A stretch of 64,000 nt of DNA from Macrostomum lignano. Lineage: Eukaryota. A program made the position numbers and the translations under genes. Under the pieces are notes generated by a model. The model had not been told where the DNA came from, made no database searches, and saw only the letters and a program-made list of their open reading frames with translations. Each line of letters starts with the position of its first letter. Positions within the stretch are counted from its first letter, which is position 1. The stretch lies in contig NIVC01000036.1 of the NCBI GenBank assembly GCA_002269645.1, forward strand, positions 124,001 to 188,000, in the 5' to 3' direction. Below are positions 27,935 through 40,700 of the stretch, one piece after another.

Positions 27935-28627
27935 ATTAATTACATCCACCTTGTCTTTCTTCCTTCAGCTCCTATCCCTGCTCATAGTACATAATCTTAG
28001 CTTGTTCAGACTAGTCTATTATAACTAATTGTAGAAAGTATAAAAGTAAGATCGACTACATACTACAGTAGAAACTGGCCTTCCATTTTAAACACGTGTT
28101 TATTGTAAATTCATTCTGTGTCTCATTTGTCCTTCAGTCTTTACTCCGCGCTCAAATTTCTATATAATAACTTAGGTCGTATGCAGTGCACCGTTCGTTC
28201 TGCTTGTTTATTAATTATATTCAACGGTGACCTTAAAGATACTGTATTTTCTTATTTTTTGTTATTTTTGTAACTGCAGTTTTCATATTCTGCGTCTCTT
28301 ATTTTACCTTTCCCTCGACTTCCGTTGTTTTGAATGAAATAATAGTTTCGTCATTTCGTAAGCCTGATAATCTTGAAAATTAGAAAAATTTGTTAATTGA
28401 AAACTAGCTAATATTGTGCTCCAATTCGATAATAATAACGCTCGTATTAATATAATAAATTTACATCTTTTTCAGGGTATAGTGTACGCAACTAAGCTAA
28501 CCAAAGGTACATGCCCTCATGACCTTACTCTCCAAGGCCTATGTGTACAGTGTACATTCACCCGCCTCACTTCTGAATGAATGCCATTCTCCCAAAGCCC
28601 ATCACTTGATTGTAGGGCTCTTTTCAA

Positions 28628-29750
28628 GCTAAACATCGCTTGAATGTACGCACATTCCCGGCCCAGCCCCCCCCCCAGAAAACTATCGCCCGATTGTGGC
28701 CCAGTCCCCCCAGAAAACTATCGCTTGAATGTACGCACATTCCCGGCCCAGCCCCCCCCCCCCAGAAAACTATCGCCCGATTGTGGCCCAGTCCCCCCAG
28801 AAAACTATCGCTTGAATGTACGCACATTCCCAGCCCAGCCCCCCCCAGAAAACTATCGCCCGATTGTGGCCCAGTCCCCCAGAAAACTATCGCTTGAATG
28901 TACGCACATTCCCGGCCCTGCCCCCCCCCAGAAAACTATCGCCCGATTGTGGCCCAGTCCCCCAGAAAACTATCGCTTGAATGTACGCACATTCCCGGCC
29001 CTGCCCCCCCCAGAAAACTATCGCCCGATTGTGGCCCAGTCCCCCCAGAAAACTATCGCTTGAATGTACGCATATTCCCGGCCCAGCCCCCCCCCAGAAA
29101 ACTATCGCCCGATTGTGGCCCAGTCCCCCCAGAAAACTATCGCTTGAATGTACGCACATTCCCGGCCCTGCCCCCCCCCCAGAAAACTATCGCCCGATTG
29201 TGGCCCAGTCCCCCCAGAAAACTATCGCTTGAATGTACGCATATTCCCGGCCCAGCCCCCCCCCCAGAAAACTATCGCCCGATTGTGGCCCAGTCCCCCC
29301 AGAAAACTATCGCTTGAATGTACGCACATTCCCGGCCCTGCCCCCCCCCAGAAAACTATCGCCCGATTGTGGCCCAGTCCCCCCAGAAAACTATCGCTTG
29401 AATGTACGCACATTCCCGGCCCTGCCCCCCCCCCCAGAAAACTATCGCCCGATTGTGGCCCAGTCCCCCCAGAAAACTATCGCTTGAATGTACGCACATT
29501 CCCGGCCCTGCCCCCCCCCAGAAAACTATCGCCCGATTGTGGCCCAGTCCCCCCAGAAAACTATCGCTTGAATGTACGCATATTCCCGGCCCAGCCCCCC
29601 CCCCCAGAAAACTATCGCCCGATTGTGGCCCAGTCCCCCCAGAAAACTATCGCTTGAATGTACGCACATTCCCGGCCCAGCCCCCCCCCCCAGAAAACTA
29701 TCGCCCGATTGTGGCCCAGTCCCCAGAAAACCATCGCTTGAATATACGCA
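28628..29750 (+). repeat. ~83-bp tandem repeat, ~13 copies
   Basis: Unit CGCTTGAATGTACGCACATTCCCGGCCC...CAGAAAACTAT with variable C-runs. Confidence 0.95.
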
Positions 29751-30284
29751 CTCCCTCGATCCCTCCAAGCCCAAGCCCCCGCCCCCCGCCTAACCAACCG
29801 TCATTTTAATGTACTCGTACATTTACATCTACGCACTCTCATTCCAGTCTCCGAACCAACCATCGTTTGAGTGTACTTAACAATAATGTTTATTGCATAG
29901 TTTTCTATTAAATTAACAGCCCCATATCCCCACTTTTGAGGCTGAAACCAATAAAAATACTGTTGAAACATTTGACCCTGCTTTTTTGCATGCATGATTG
30001 AGCTTCTGGCGTTTTTTTAGTTCCACCACCTACGTCACAACCCCAACGCAACTTCTGCACCAAACATGCAATGCGAATTTAATAACTTGTTTGTTTTTGG
30101 TTGTTAAATAATGAGAAACGTCTGTGCGCACCTGCTGTTTTCTAGACTTAAAACTATATAAAGATAAAATATAAAACAAAAGTAATAACTTCTGAAAAAT
30201 TGACGTCAATTTAGCTTTAGAACAAAGTCGATGTTTTTGCCTTTCTCATTTCGTCGTTCTTAATTTTTTTCCGTTTGATTTCCG

Positions 30285-32897
30285 TGTCTCTCTGCTGACA
30301 CTACCGCCTCCCCTGACACTCTACTGTCTCTCTGCTGACACTACCGCCTCCCCTGACACTCTACTGTCTCTCTGCTGACACTACCGCCTCCCCTGACACT
30401 CTATTGTCTCTCTGCTGACACTACCGCCTCCCCTGACACTCTATTGTCTCTCTGCTGACACTAACGGCTAACGCCTCCCCTGACACTCTACTCTCTCTCC
30501 TGACACTACCGCCTCCCCTGACACTCTACAGTCTCTCTGCTGACACTACCGCCTCCCCTGACACTCTACAGTCTCTCTGCTGACACTACCGCCTCCCCTG
30601 GCACTCTACTCTCTCTCTGCTGACACTACCGCCTCCCCTGACACTCTATTGTCTCTCTGCTGACACTACCGCCTCCCCTGACACTCTATTGTCTCTCTGC
30701 TGACACTACCGCCTCCCCTGACACTCTACTGTCTCTCTGCTGACACTACCGCCTCCCCTGACACTCTATTGTCTCTCTGCTGGCACTACCGCCTCCCCTG
30801 ACACTCTATTGTCTCTCTGCTGGCACTACCGCCTCCCCTGGCACTCTACTCTCTCTCTGCTGACACTACCGCCTCCCCTGACACTCTATTGTCTCTCTGC
30901 TGACACTACCGCCTCCCCTGACACTCTATTGTCTCTCTGCTGACACTAACGGCTAACGCCTCCCCTGACACTCTATTGTCTCTCTGCTGGCACTACCGCC
31001 TCCCCTGACACTCTATTGTCTCTCTGCTGACACTACCGCCTCCCCTGACACTCTATTGTCTCTCTGCTGACACTACCGCCTCCCCTGACACTCTATTGTC
31101 TCTCTGCTGACACTACCGCCTCCCCTGACACTCTATTGTCTCTCTGCTGGCACTACCGCCTCCCCTGGCACTCTACTCTCTCTCTGCTGACACTACCGCC
31201 TCCCCTGACACTCTATTGTCTCTCTGCTGACACTACCGCCTCCCCTGACACTCTATTGTCTCTCTGCTGACACTACCGCCTCCCCTGACACTCTATTGTC
31301 TCTCTGCTGACACTACCGCCTCCCTTGACACTCTACTGTCTCTCTGCTGACACTAACGGCTAACGCCTCCCCTGACACTCTACTGTCTCTCTGCTGACAC
31401 TACCGCCTCCCCTGACACTCTATTGTCTCTCTGCTGACACTACCGCCTCCCCTGACACTCTACTCTCTCTCTGCTGACACTACCGCCTCCCCTGACACTC
31501 TATTGTCTCTCTGCTGACACTAACGGCTAACGCCTCCCCTGACACTCTACTGACACTAACGGATAACGCCTCCCCTGACACTCTACTGTCTCTCTGCTGG
31601 CACTACCGCCTCCCCTGGCACTCTACTCTCTCTCTGCTGACACTACCGCCTCCCCTGACACTCTATTGTCTCTCTGCTGACACTACCGCCTCCCCTGACA
31701 CTCTACTGTCTCTCTGCTGACACTAACGGCTAACGCCTCCCCTGACACTCTACTGTCTCTCTGCTGACACTACCGCCTCCCCTGACACTCTACTGTCTCT
31801 CTGCTGACACTACCGCCTCCCCTGACACTCTACTGTCTCTCTGCTGACACTACCGCCTCCCCTGACACTCTATTGTCTCTCTGCTGACACTACCGCCTCC
31901 CCTGACACTCTATTGTCTCTCTGCTGACACTAACGGCTAACGCCTCCCCTGACACTCTACTCTCTCTCCTGACACTACCGCCTCCCCTGACACTCTACAG
32001 TCTCTCTGCTGGCACTACCGCCTCCCCTGACACTCTATTGTCTCTCTGCTGACACTACCGCCTCCCCTGGCACTCTACTCTCTCTCTGCTGACACTACCG
32101 CCTCCCCTGACACTCTATTGTCTCTCTGCTGACACTACCGCCTCCCCTGACACTCTATTGTCTCTCTGCTGACACTACCGCCTCCCCTGACACTCTACTG
32201 TCTCTCTGCTGACACTACCGCCTCCCCTGACACTCTATTGTCTCTCTGCTGGCACTACCGCCTCCCCTGACACTCTATTGTCTCTCTGCTGACACTAACG
32301 GCTAACGCCTCCCCTGACACTCTACTGTCTCTCTGCTGACACTACCGCCTCCCCTGACACTCTACTCTCTCTCTGCTGACACTACCGCCTCCCCTGACAC
32401 TCTATTGTCTCTCTGCTGACACTAACGGCTAACGCCTCCCCTGACACTCTACTGACACTAACGGATAACGCCTCCCCTGACACTCTACTGTCTCTCTGCT
32501 GACACTACCGCCTCCCTTGACACTCTACTGTCTCTCTGCTGACACTAACGTCTAACGCCTCCCCTGACACTCTACTCTCTCTCTGCTGACACTAACGGCT
32601 AACGCCTCCCCTGACACTCTACTGACACTAACGGCTAACGCCTCCCCTGACACTCTACAGTCTCTCTGCTGACACTAACGGCTAACGCCTCCCCTGACAC
32701 TCTACTGGCACTAACGGCTAACGCCTCCCCTGACACTCTACAGTCTCTCTGCTGACACTAACGGCTAACGCCTCCCCTGACACTCTACAGTCTCTCTGCT
32801 GAAACTAACGGCTAACGCCTCCCCTGACACTCTACTGTCTCTCTGCTGACACTACCGGCTAACGCCTCCCCTGACACTCTACAGTCTCTCTGCTGAC
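30285..32897 (+). repeat. 40-bp satellite array, ~65 copies
   Basis: Unit CTGACACTACCGCCTCCCCTGACACTCTACTGTCTCTCTG. Confidence 0.98.
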
Positions 32898-33100
32898 CAC
32901 CCTTACTACGCGCGTACTTCCACTGGCTCCCTCCTGGCACCCTACTACATATAGAGGTTCTAATAACTGTGCCTATCGAAATAAATACACTATATACCAT
33001 AAACGCTATTTTTTCTGCAATTTAAATGCTACTTTAAGTACTACCCATTGTCAACACATTTTTTAAGTTTCAATAACTCTAAAACACTTTTTTCAGTCAC

Positions 33101-33771
33101 GATTTAGCAAGTGTTTTAATGCAGCTAGTCAAGAGGTTTAATGATAAGGCAGAAGTAGTTTTCAAACTCCCTTTATTGATGCCATTTTGGCAGCGCACTG
33201 GTAAAAAATCGATCGAACAGGGTTTATAATAAAAAAATCAATTAGCACAAATCATTTAGAAAATGCAAACCAAAGCCAATTCATTTTTGTCTAAATCATC
33301 TAAAATCTAATTAAATACGAATGATTGTTGATAAAATATTTCACACTACTAAAAGTAGAAGTATCCAATACGAAATTTAAAAAAGCATCTACAGCTCGTA
33401 AAAAACTAATAAAAACGGCCAAGAGTATAAATATTGATTGAATCGTCAGGATGGTAATGGAAGAGTACATAAATAGCACTAGCCATCAATGTTGAAAAAA
33501 AAATAATAACCGACAAAAAATTATTGTAGTTACAGCTATTACATACGCTTCGAATTTTTGGAAACCATGAGCTATTAATTACTACATAAAAACTGTAATT
33601 AGTAACATGAACTGCATATTTTGAAACAACGGTAAATTTTTTAAGGAACTAAATATTTGTTTGAAAGTGTTTAGGTGGCACTGTTTTGATCCAAAATGGC
33701 ACCATCATCTGAAGAGAACACATAAAAGTCGAAAATTAGAACGTTAAAATCGCAAAACTATTTGTCAAAGC
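33101..33771 (+). repeat. AT-rich ~670-bp interspersed segment, second copy at 59429-60105
   Basis: Both copies begin GATTTAGCAAGTGTTTTAATGCAGCTAG and end TTTGTC(A/T)AAGCT, with scattered substitutions. Confidence 0.92.
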
Positions 33772-33782
33772 TGCGCCCCCCA

Positions 33783-34195
33783 TGGGAGACAACAAAGGAA
33801 CCTACCTACCCACATACATACATACAGACAACTTATTTTTAGTATATGGACTTGCAATCTGCGCCCCCCCCTTGGGAGACAACAAAGGAACCTACCTACC
33901 CACATACATACATACAGACAACTCATTTTTAGTATGGACTAGCAATCTGCGCCCCTCGTTGGGAGACAACAAAGGAACCTACCTACCCACATACATACAT
34001 ACAGACAACTCATTTTTAGTATATGGACTAGCAATCTGCGCCCCTCGTTGGGAGACAACAAAGGAACCTACCTACCCACATACATACATACAGACAACTC
34101 ATTTGCTAGTATATGAACTAGCAATCTGCGCCCCCCCCCTTTGGGAGACAACAAAGGAATCTACCTACCCTCATACATACATACAGACAACGATT
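33783..34195 (+). repeat. ~88-bp tandem repeat containing (CATA)n, ~5 copies
   Basis: GGGAGACAACAAAGGAACCTACCTACCCACATACATAC units. Confidence 0.92.
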
Positions 34196-34955
34196 ATTAA
34201 CTTTTTTGAATAATCAACTACCTGTACGTTTTGATCTTGTACAGACGTCACTATTGTTTATCTCTAAAAGCAGGTCGGCAAACTTTTTTTACCTCAAGGG
34301 CCAAATAAAGAATCCAGATCATTGCTGCGGGTCAGACGAGAAAGGAAGAATAGAGGAGAGAGTTAAGAGAAGAATCAAGAGGCGAGATAAGAGATGAGAT
34401 GAGATAGAATATAAGAAATACATGTAAGAGATCAGAGGAGAGAAGAAAGGGGAGATGACAGATGAGAAGACAAACCTTAAGCGGACCGGATTTCAGCAAT
34501 TCACCCCTACGGTATGAACCTAGAAATCTTAGCAACTCTCCCATAGTCCCAACAACACAAGGGGGTTGTGTGCACCCTGCATGCTGCTTTTTTAAGCAGC
34601 ATTGTTTCAGTTCTTTTATTAGAATGCCGCGGAATTAGAAAACGGAAGTTACTTTTTGATATGTCCGGTACTTAAAAATGAAAATTTAGAGGCCAAGCTC
34701 CGAATTTAGCACACCATATTTTTTCCAAAAGCGAAAACTTTTCACCAAAGTACAATTATACCATGATAAAAAAGGAGATGATAGATCATATGGTTTTTAC
34801 TTTTAAAGTTAAAGCGCGTTTTATTTTTTTTTAATTAGAAAGTACCGGAAGTTACGCGTATATGTACTTTTTTTAAAGTACCGGTACCGGAACAAGTGCC
34901 GGAAGTTGCTTCTCTTGGAATCGAAAGTTACGTAACCGTAGCACTGTTGACAGGG

Positions 34956-35348
34956 CGGTGACCGGACATTTCGTCAACCAGACATTACGGGAACTCAGCA
35001 AATTGTGTAGCTGATTATTATAGCTGCACCAGCCAGAGAATGTGAGAAGTAGTAATGCGATTTCAAATTTTTTAACACATTGTCCAACACTTTTTGGAAG
35101 TAAATTTTAGTAGAAACTTTCGGTCCTCAATGGTGTCGCAATACTCGTACCATGGTACCTGAATACCATGCACATGGTTTCAATATTTTGTATGATAAAA
35201 CTTAAAACTTAAACTTAAATATGTTAACGTTAACGGCTAACATGACGGACGAAAAATTCTGGCTTGAACCAAATGTCCGGTTGCCGTAATGTCTGATTGA
35301 CAAAATACCAGTTAACGAAATGCCGTTTGACGAAATGTCCTGGAACCG
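34956..35348. mobile_element. MITE with ~22-bp imperfect TIRs
   Basis: CGGTGACCGGACATTTCGTCAA ... TTGACGAAATGTCCTGGAACCG. Confidence 0.6.
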
Positions 35349-36158
35349 ACAGGACAATTCTTTTATTGTTCAATCCTATCCAGGAAAAAACGGTGCTAAT
35401 TTGGCATCCGGGGTCCAAATTTCATCCGATATCAACAAAATTAAAGCTGATTTGTCTGTGTCAGAAATTGAAAATTTGCGGGTTGACAATTTTATTTAGG
35501 GGGGGGGAGAGTTTGGGTCGCCAACATGAGTATTAGGGGCACCAATTTTTAAAGCTAGGGGCGAAAAAATGCGTGTAGGGGGGAGAAAAATCAAGTTTAG
35601 GGAGCGCGAACTCTTAGGTTTTTTGAGGGGGGCCGCCATCCCCCCTAAATCCGCCCCTGGAGATTGGCCCTCAAGGCCGTTAATTGCACGAGCAGACCCA
35701 AGCCAATTTGGAGTCACATCGTCCAAAAACTGATTTAGCAACCACCATCACAAGCTCGAAAAGGGTTAAGGTTACAGCTTGTGCCTTTTCGAGCTTGTGG
35801 TGGTGGTTGCTAAGCTTTTCGAGCTTGTGACTTTTCGAGCTTGTGATGGTGGTTGCTAAACTTTTCGAGCTTGTGATGGTGACCCCACTATCTGTGTCGA
35901 ACGTAACGACTATACAATAATTGAATACAAATATGAGTCCATTACACTGCTTGATTATGCATACTCACCGTTCTCTTCACTGTCGCTCATCGTCTCAGCA
36001 GTCAGTCCGTCGTCCAAAATAAGAACTTTACTAGCGGCGGCTATTGTCGCCTCGAATTTCTGAGCCGTTCCAGCTGACGTTGGCGCGCTACAGTCGAGCA
36101 CAGCCAACTGGTAGTCCAGCGATGCCGCTTGACAGCGCAGCCGATCCCAGCCAGCCTG

Positions 36159-37786
36159 TCACTTCCTGGTTGGAAGCGGCCAATAATTTCCCTGCTGGGA
36201 TCGAAGCATCCGAAGCTGCTTCAGGCAGCGCGGAGAGACTATTACAATCAATAGTATTCGACGATTTGTGTAGCGTTTTTGTTCTGCGGGTTTTTATGGG
36301 TGAAGTAGATTTGCTTTAACGCTACTATTAGTAGTTTTAGTTTAAGGAAATATATCAGTATATAGGCTAGTTAAGTCGTTCGCGTTAACTTTAGAATCTC
36401 GGAACAGGCTGGGCCACAGAATCACTGTGATGGTTTTGTCTCGCATAGAGACGCCTAACCGCAGTCACTCCTGTGAAACTTGTCTCTGCCTGGCTGAAAG
36501 CTTGTAATGAGTGAGTAGGCTGGGTTGGAGGGTAATAGTGGATCGGGAAGGGCTGTGGGTAGCTGTATAGGAAGGCAGGCCTATACCTGTACCAAGGTGC
36601 TCTGACGGTATCCCCCAGGCGCCCTCTGAGCGTACAGCCAGCGACCCTATTAAAGCTGGAGTGTGCCAGAACCAGGACTGAGTCTGAGCAGGACGAGACC
36701 GTTGGCACGGTCACTATAGAAATGGCGGGTTGGCGAAGCAAAGGGTGAAATAGTCCCGGCGATTAGCCCTCCTGCCGCTTCAAAGATAAGAGACTGTCTG
36801 GCAAGAGTACCCGGGGTTTAGTGGGGGGGGAGGCTCCTCGAGGGTAGCCACGGCCGTGGGGGCGGTCATAAGACCGTTTTTTTGGCTCTTCTAACCCTGG
36901 AGAAGGCACGGGCTTCCCTGATTGGTTCACTCAACCCTCTCTAGGCCCGGGGAGGTTTTGATATCCACTTGAGTCTGGAGTAGGCGTACGCCCTGATAGC
37001 TGGGGGTTTGTACAGTCCTCTTTAGCCTAGTCTAGAAACTTAGTGTACATTAGTGCACTCCCCAGCGTGGAACTCCCAAGGACCACTAGTAGATAGTCCG
37101 TGGGACTTAAGTAGTCCGTGGGAACTCCAAGGTATGCTAGTGGCGTAAGAGCCTGCTCTATGGCTAAGGCGCCGGATTTACTTATTTTAGTTAGTTAGTT
37201 AGAGTTGGGAGAGATGTAGGGAGGTAGGGAGGAATGTAGGGTGCAAGGTAGAGATGTAGGGAGCTAGGGAGAGATGTAGGGAGCTAGGGAGAGACGTAGG
37301 GAGCTAGGGAGAGATGCAGGGAGCCAGGAAGCCCAGAATGAAGGAATGAAGGCGCAGATTTCGCAGATATTCACCTAACAAAGTAGCCAGAGCCATCAAG
37401 GTCACAGACATGACTGACGCCACTGCAGCGCAAGCAACTACTACTATTGTTATGTATGCACTAAGGAGACGGAGTCATTCGGTTGTTGTCAGACGATTGC
37501 GAGAGTTTTGTACTCATATATTTCAGAGCGCTCCCGCCAAGCGTCTTCTAGGCCTCTTGGCTTTCTTTAAATTCTGCTCTGCTCTACTTTATAAAATAAC
37601 TTACTGTGGTGGTTCCCAGGTGTCTATGGCCCTGGGCCCACACACAGCAACTATAACTAGTATGTGGATAGTAGCAGTAGTAGAGCCAATTGTAGCCATT
37701 CCGTCGCAGTCGCATTCGTCCAGTTTTTCAGCGCTTTGGTCAACAGTAGTTCCCTTATTGATTAAATAATGTTGCTTGGCTTTCAT
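36159..37786 (-). CDS. Putative small single-pass membrane protein; exons 37786-37605, 37460-37375, 36238-36159
   Basis: Donors CA|GTAAGT and G|GTGAAT, acceptor CCGTCTCCTTAG, phases 2 and 1 consistent. The spliced product has a hydrophobic AYITIVVVACAAVASVMSVTLMALATLLG followed by a basic tail. The third exon is the least certain. Confidence 0.45.
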
Positions 37787-40700
37787 TCACTGCTCTTTCA
37801 GACCTGAAAGTTGTTTTAAAATGCAATTAGGTCGCTCTTCACTAGCTCAAATTAATGCAGAATGGCGCTCTGCTGAAATTCAACTTGAGCGCCTTCCTGA
37901 CATCCAAATTGACGTCTTCCCGACACCCAAATTGACGTCTTCCTGACACCCAAATTGACGTCTTCCCGACACCCAAATTGACGTCTTCCTGACACCCAAA
38001 TTGACGTCTTCCTGACACCCAAATTGACGTCTTCCCGACACCCAAATTGACGTCTTCCTGACACCCAAATTGACGTCTTCCCGACACCCAAATTGACGTC
38101 TTCCTGACACCCAAATTGACGTCTTCCTGACATCCAAATTGACGTCTTCCCGACACCCAAATTGACGTCTTCCTGACATCCAAATTGACGTCTTCCTGAC
38201 ATCCAAATTGACGTCTTCCTGACACCCAAATTGACGTCTTCCTGACACCCAAATTGACGTCTTCCTGACATCCAAATTGACGTCTTCCTGACACCCAAAT
38301 TGACGTCTTCCCGACACCCAAATTGACATCTTCCCGACAGCCAAATTGACATCTTCCCGACATCCAAATTGACGTCTTCCTGACATACAAATTGGCGTCT
38401 TCCCGACACCCAAATTGACATCTTCCCGACATCCAAATTGACGTCTTCCCGACACCCAAATTGACGTCTTCCTGACACCCAAATTGACGTCTTCCTGACA
38501 TCCAAATTGACGTCTTCCTGACACCCAAATTGACGTCTTCCTGACACCCAAATTGACGTCTTCCTGACACCCAAATTGACGTCTTCCTGACATCCAAGTT
38601 GACGTCTTCCCGACACCCAAATTGACGTCTTCCTGACATCCAAATTGACGTCTTCCTGACACCCAAATTGACGTCTTCCCGACACCCAAATTGACATCTT
38701 CCCGACATCCAAATTGACATCTTCCCGACACCCAAATTTACATCTTCCCGACACCCAAATTGACATCTTCCCGACATCCAAATTGACGTCTTCCCGACAC
38801 CCAAATTGACATCTTCCCGACAGCCAAATTGACATCTTCCCGACATCCAAATTGACGTCTTCCCGACACCCAAATTGACGTCTTCCCGACATCCGAATCG
38901 ACACGCTCCTGTCTCAAAAATTGGTGCGAAAATCTTACCTGTCAGATGTAGAACTCGAGGGTCTGCCTGAAGCACATGTATGCTTATCTGCAAGCGATTA
39001 CAAATGCTTTTAAAGGAAAAATTTTGAGCAGGCTTAAATATCAGGACCAGCTAATTTTACCTTGGGATAGTTGTCTTCGTTAGTCACGAGCTCTAGAAAT
39101 ATCTCGTGCCACTCATCCGGTGTGAGAATGCTCAGCATGTTCAGCTTGCACCAGACTGCCTCGCAGCTGGCCTGCGAATATTGCGTGTTGTGCTGCTGAG
39201 CGCTCAGCACATACAAGCGCGCGACAATACTGTACGCAGGCACGAACTCATGCACACGCTCACACAGGGTGTACAGTGGCCTTTTGACTTTCCAATCGTC
39301 AGGCATGTACACCCTCTGTGCCTTGGAAGTTGGCCCTCATGGCTGTGAATCGCGCGAAAACCCACCGGCCTACCCACAGTGTCAGAAACTGGCAGACAAA
39401 TGACACATAATGACAGATTCGATGACAGCCACTATGACAGACGCTAAGACAGACACTATGAAAGACACTTTGACAGACACTATGACAGACACTATGACAG
39501 ACACTATGACAGACACCATGACAGACGCTAAGACAGACACTATGACAGACACTATGACAGACGCTAAGACAGACACTATGACAGACACTATGACAGACGC
39601 TAAGACAGACACTATGACAGACGCTAAGACAGACACTATGACAGACACCATGACAGACACTATGACAGACACTATGACAGACGCTAAGACAGACACTATG
39701 ACAGACACTATGACAGACGCTAAGACAGACACTATGACAGACACTATGACAGACACTATGACAGACACCATGACAGACACTATGACAGACACTATGACAG
39801 ACACCATGACAGACACTATGACAGACACTATGACAGACACCATGACAGACACTATGACAGACACTATGACAGACACGATGACAGACACTATGACAGACGC
39901 TAAGACAGACACTACGACAGACACTATGACAGACACTATGACAGACACCATGACAGACACTATGACAGACACCATGACAGACACTATGACAGACACTATG
40001 ACAGACACGATGACAGACACTATGACAGACGCTAAGACAGACACTACGACAGACACTATGACAGACACTATGACAGACACTATGACAGACACTAAGACAG
40101 ACGCTAAGACAGACACTATGACAGACGCTAAGACAGACACTAAGACAGACACTATGACAGACGCTATGACAGACACTATGACAGACACTATGACAGACAC
40201 TATGACAGACACTATGACAGACGCTAAGACAGACACTACGACAGACACTATGACAGACACTATGACAGACACTATGACAGACACCATGACAGACACTATG
40301 ACAGACACTATGACAGACACCATGACAGACACTATGACAGACACTATGACAGACACGATGACAGACACTATGACAGACGCTAAGACAGACACTACGACAG
40401 ACACTATGACAGACACTATGACAGACACCATGACAGACACTATGACAGACACCATGACAGACACTATGACAGACACTATGACAGACACGATGACAGACAC
40501 TATGACAGACGCTAAGACAGACACTACGACAGACACTATGACAGACACTATGACAGACACTATGACAGACACTAAGACAGACGCTAAGACAGACACTATG
40601 ACAGACGCTAAGACAGACACTAAGACAGACACTATGACAGACGCTATGACAGACACTATGACAGACACTATGACAGACACTATGACAGACACTATGACAG

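Noticed and set aside
28628-32897. CRISPR-like arrays
   Set aside because: Contiguous tandem units with no unique spacers, eukaryotic context and no cas genes.
36455-36530. Twister or HDV ribozyme fold
   Set aside because: Partial motifs only (CCUAA, AAGC); the P2 and P3/L3 pairings could not be completed.
39034-39312. hAT transposase dimerization domain
   Set aside because: Only vague ASCE similarity; consensus splice sites fit a host-gene exon better.
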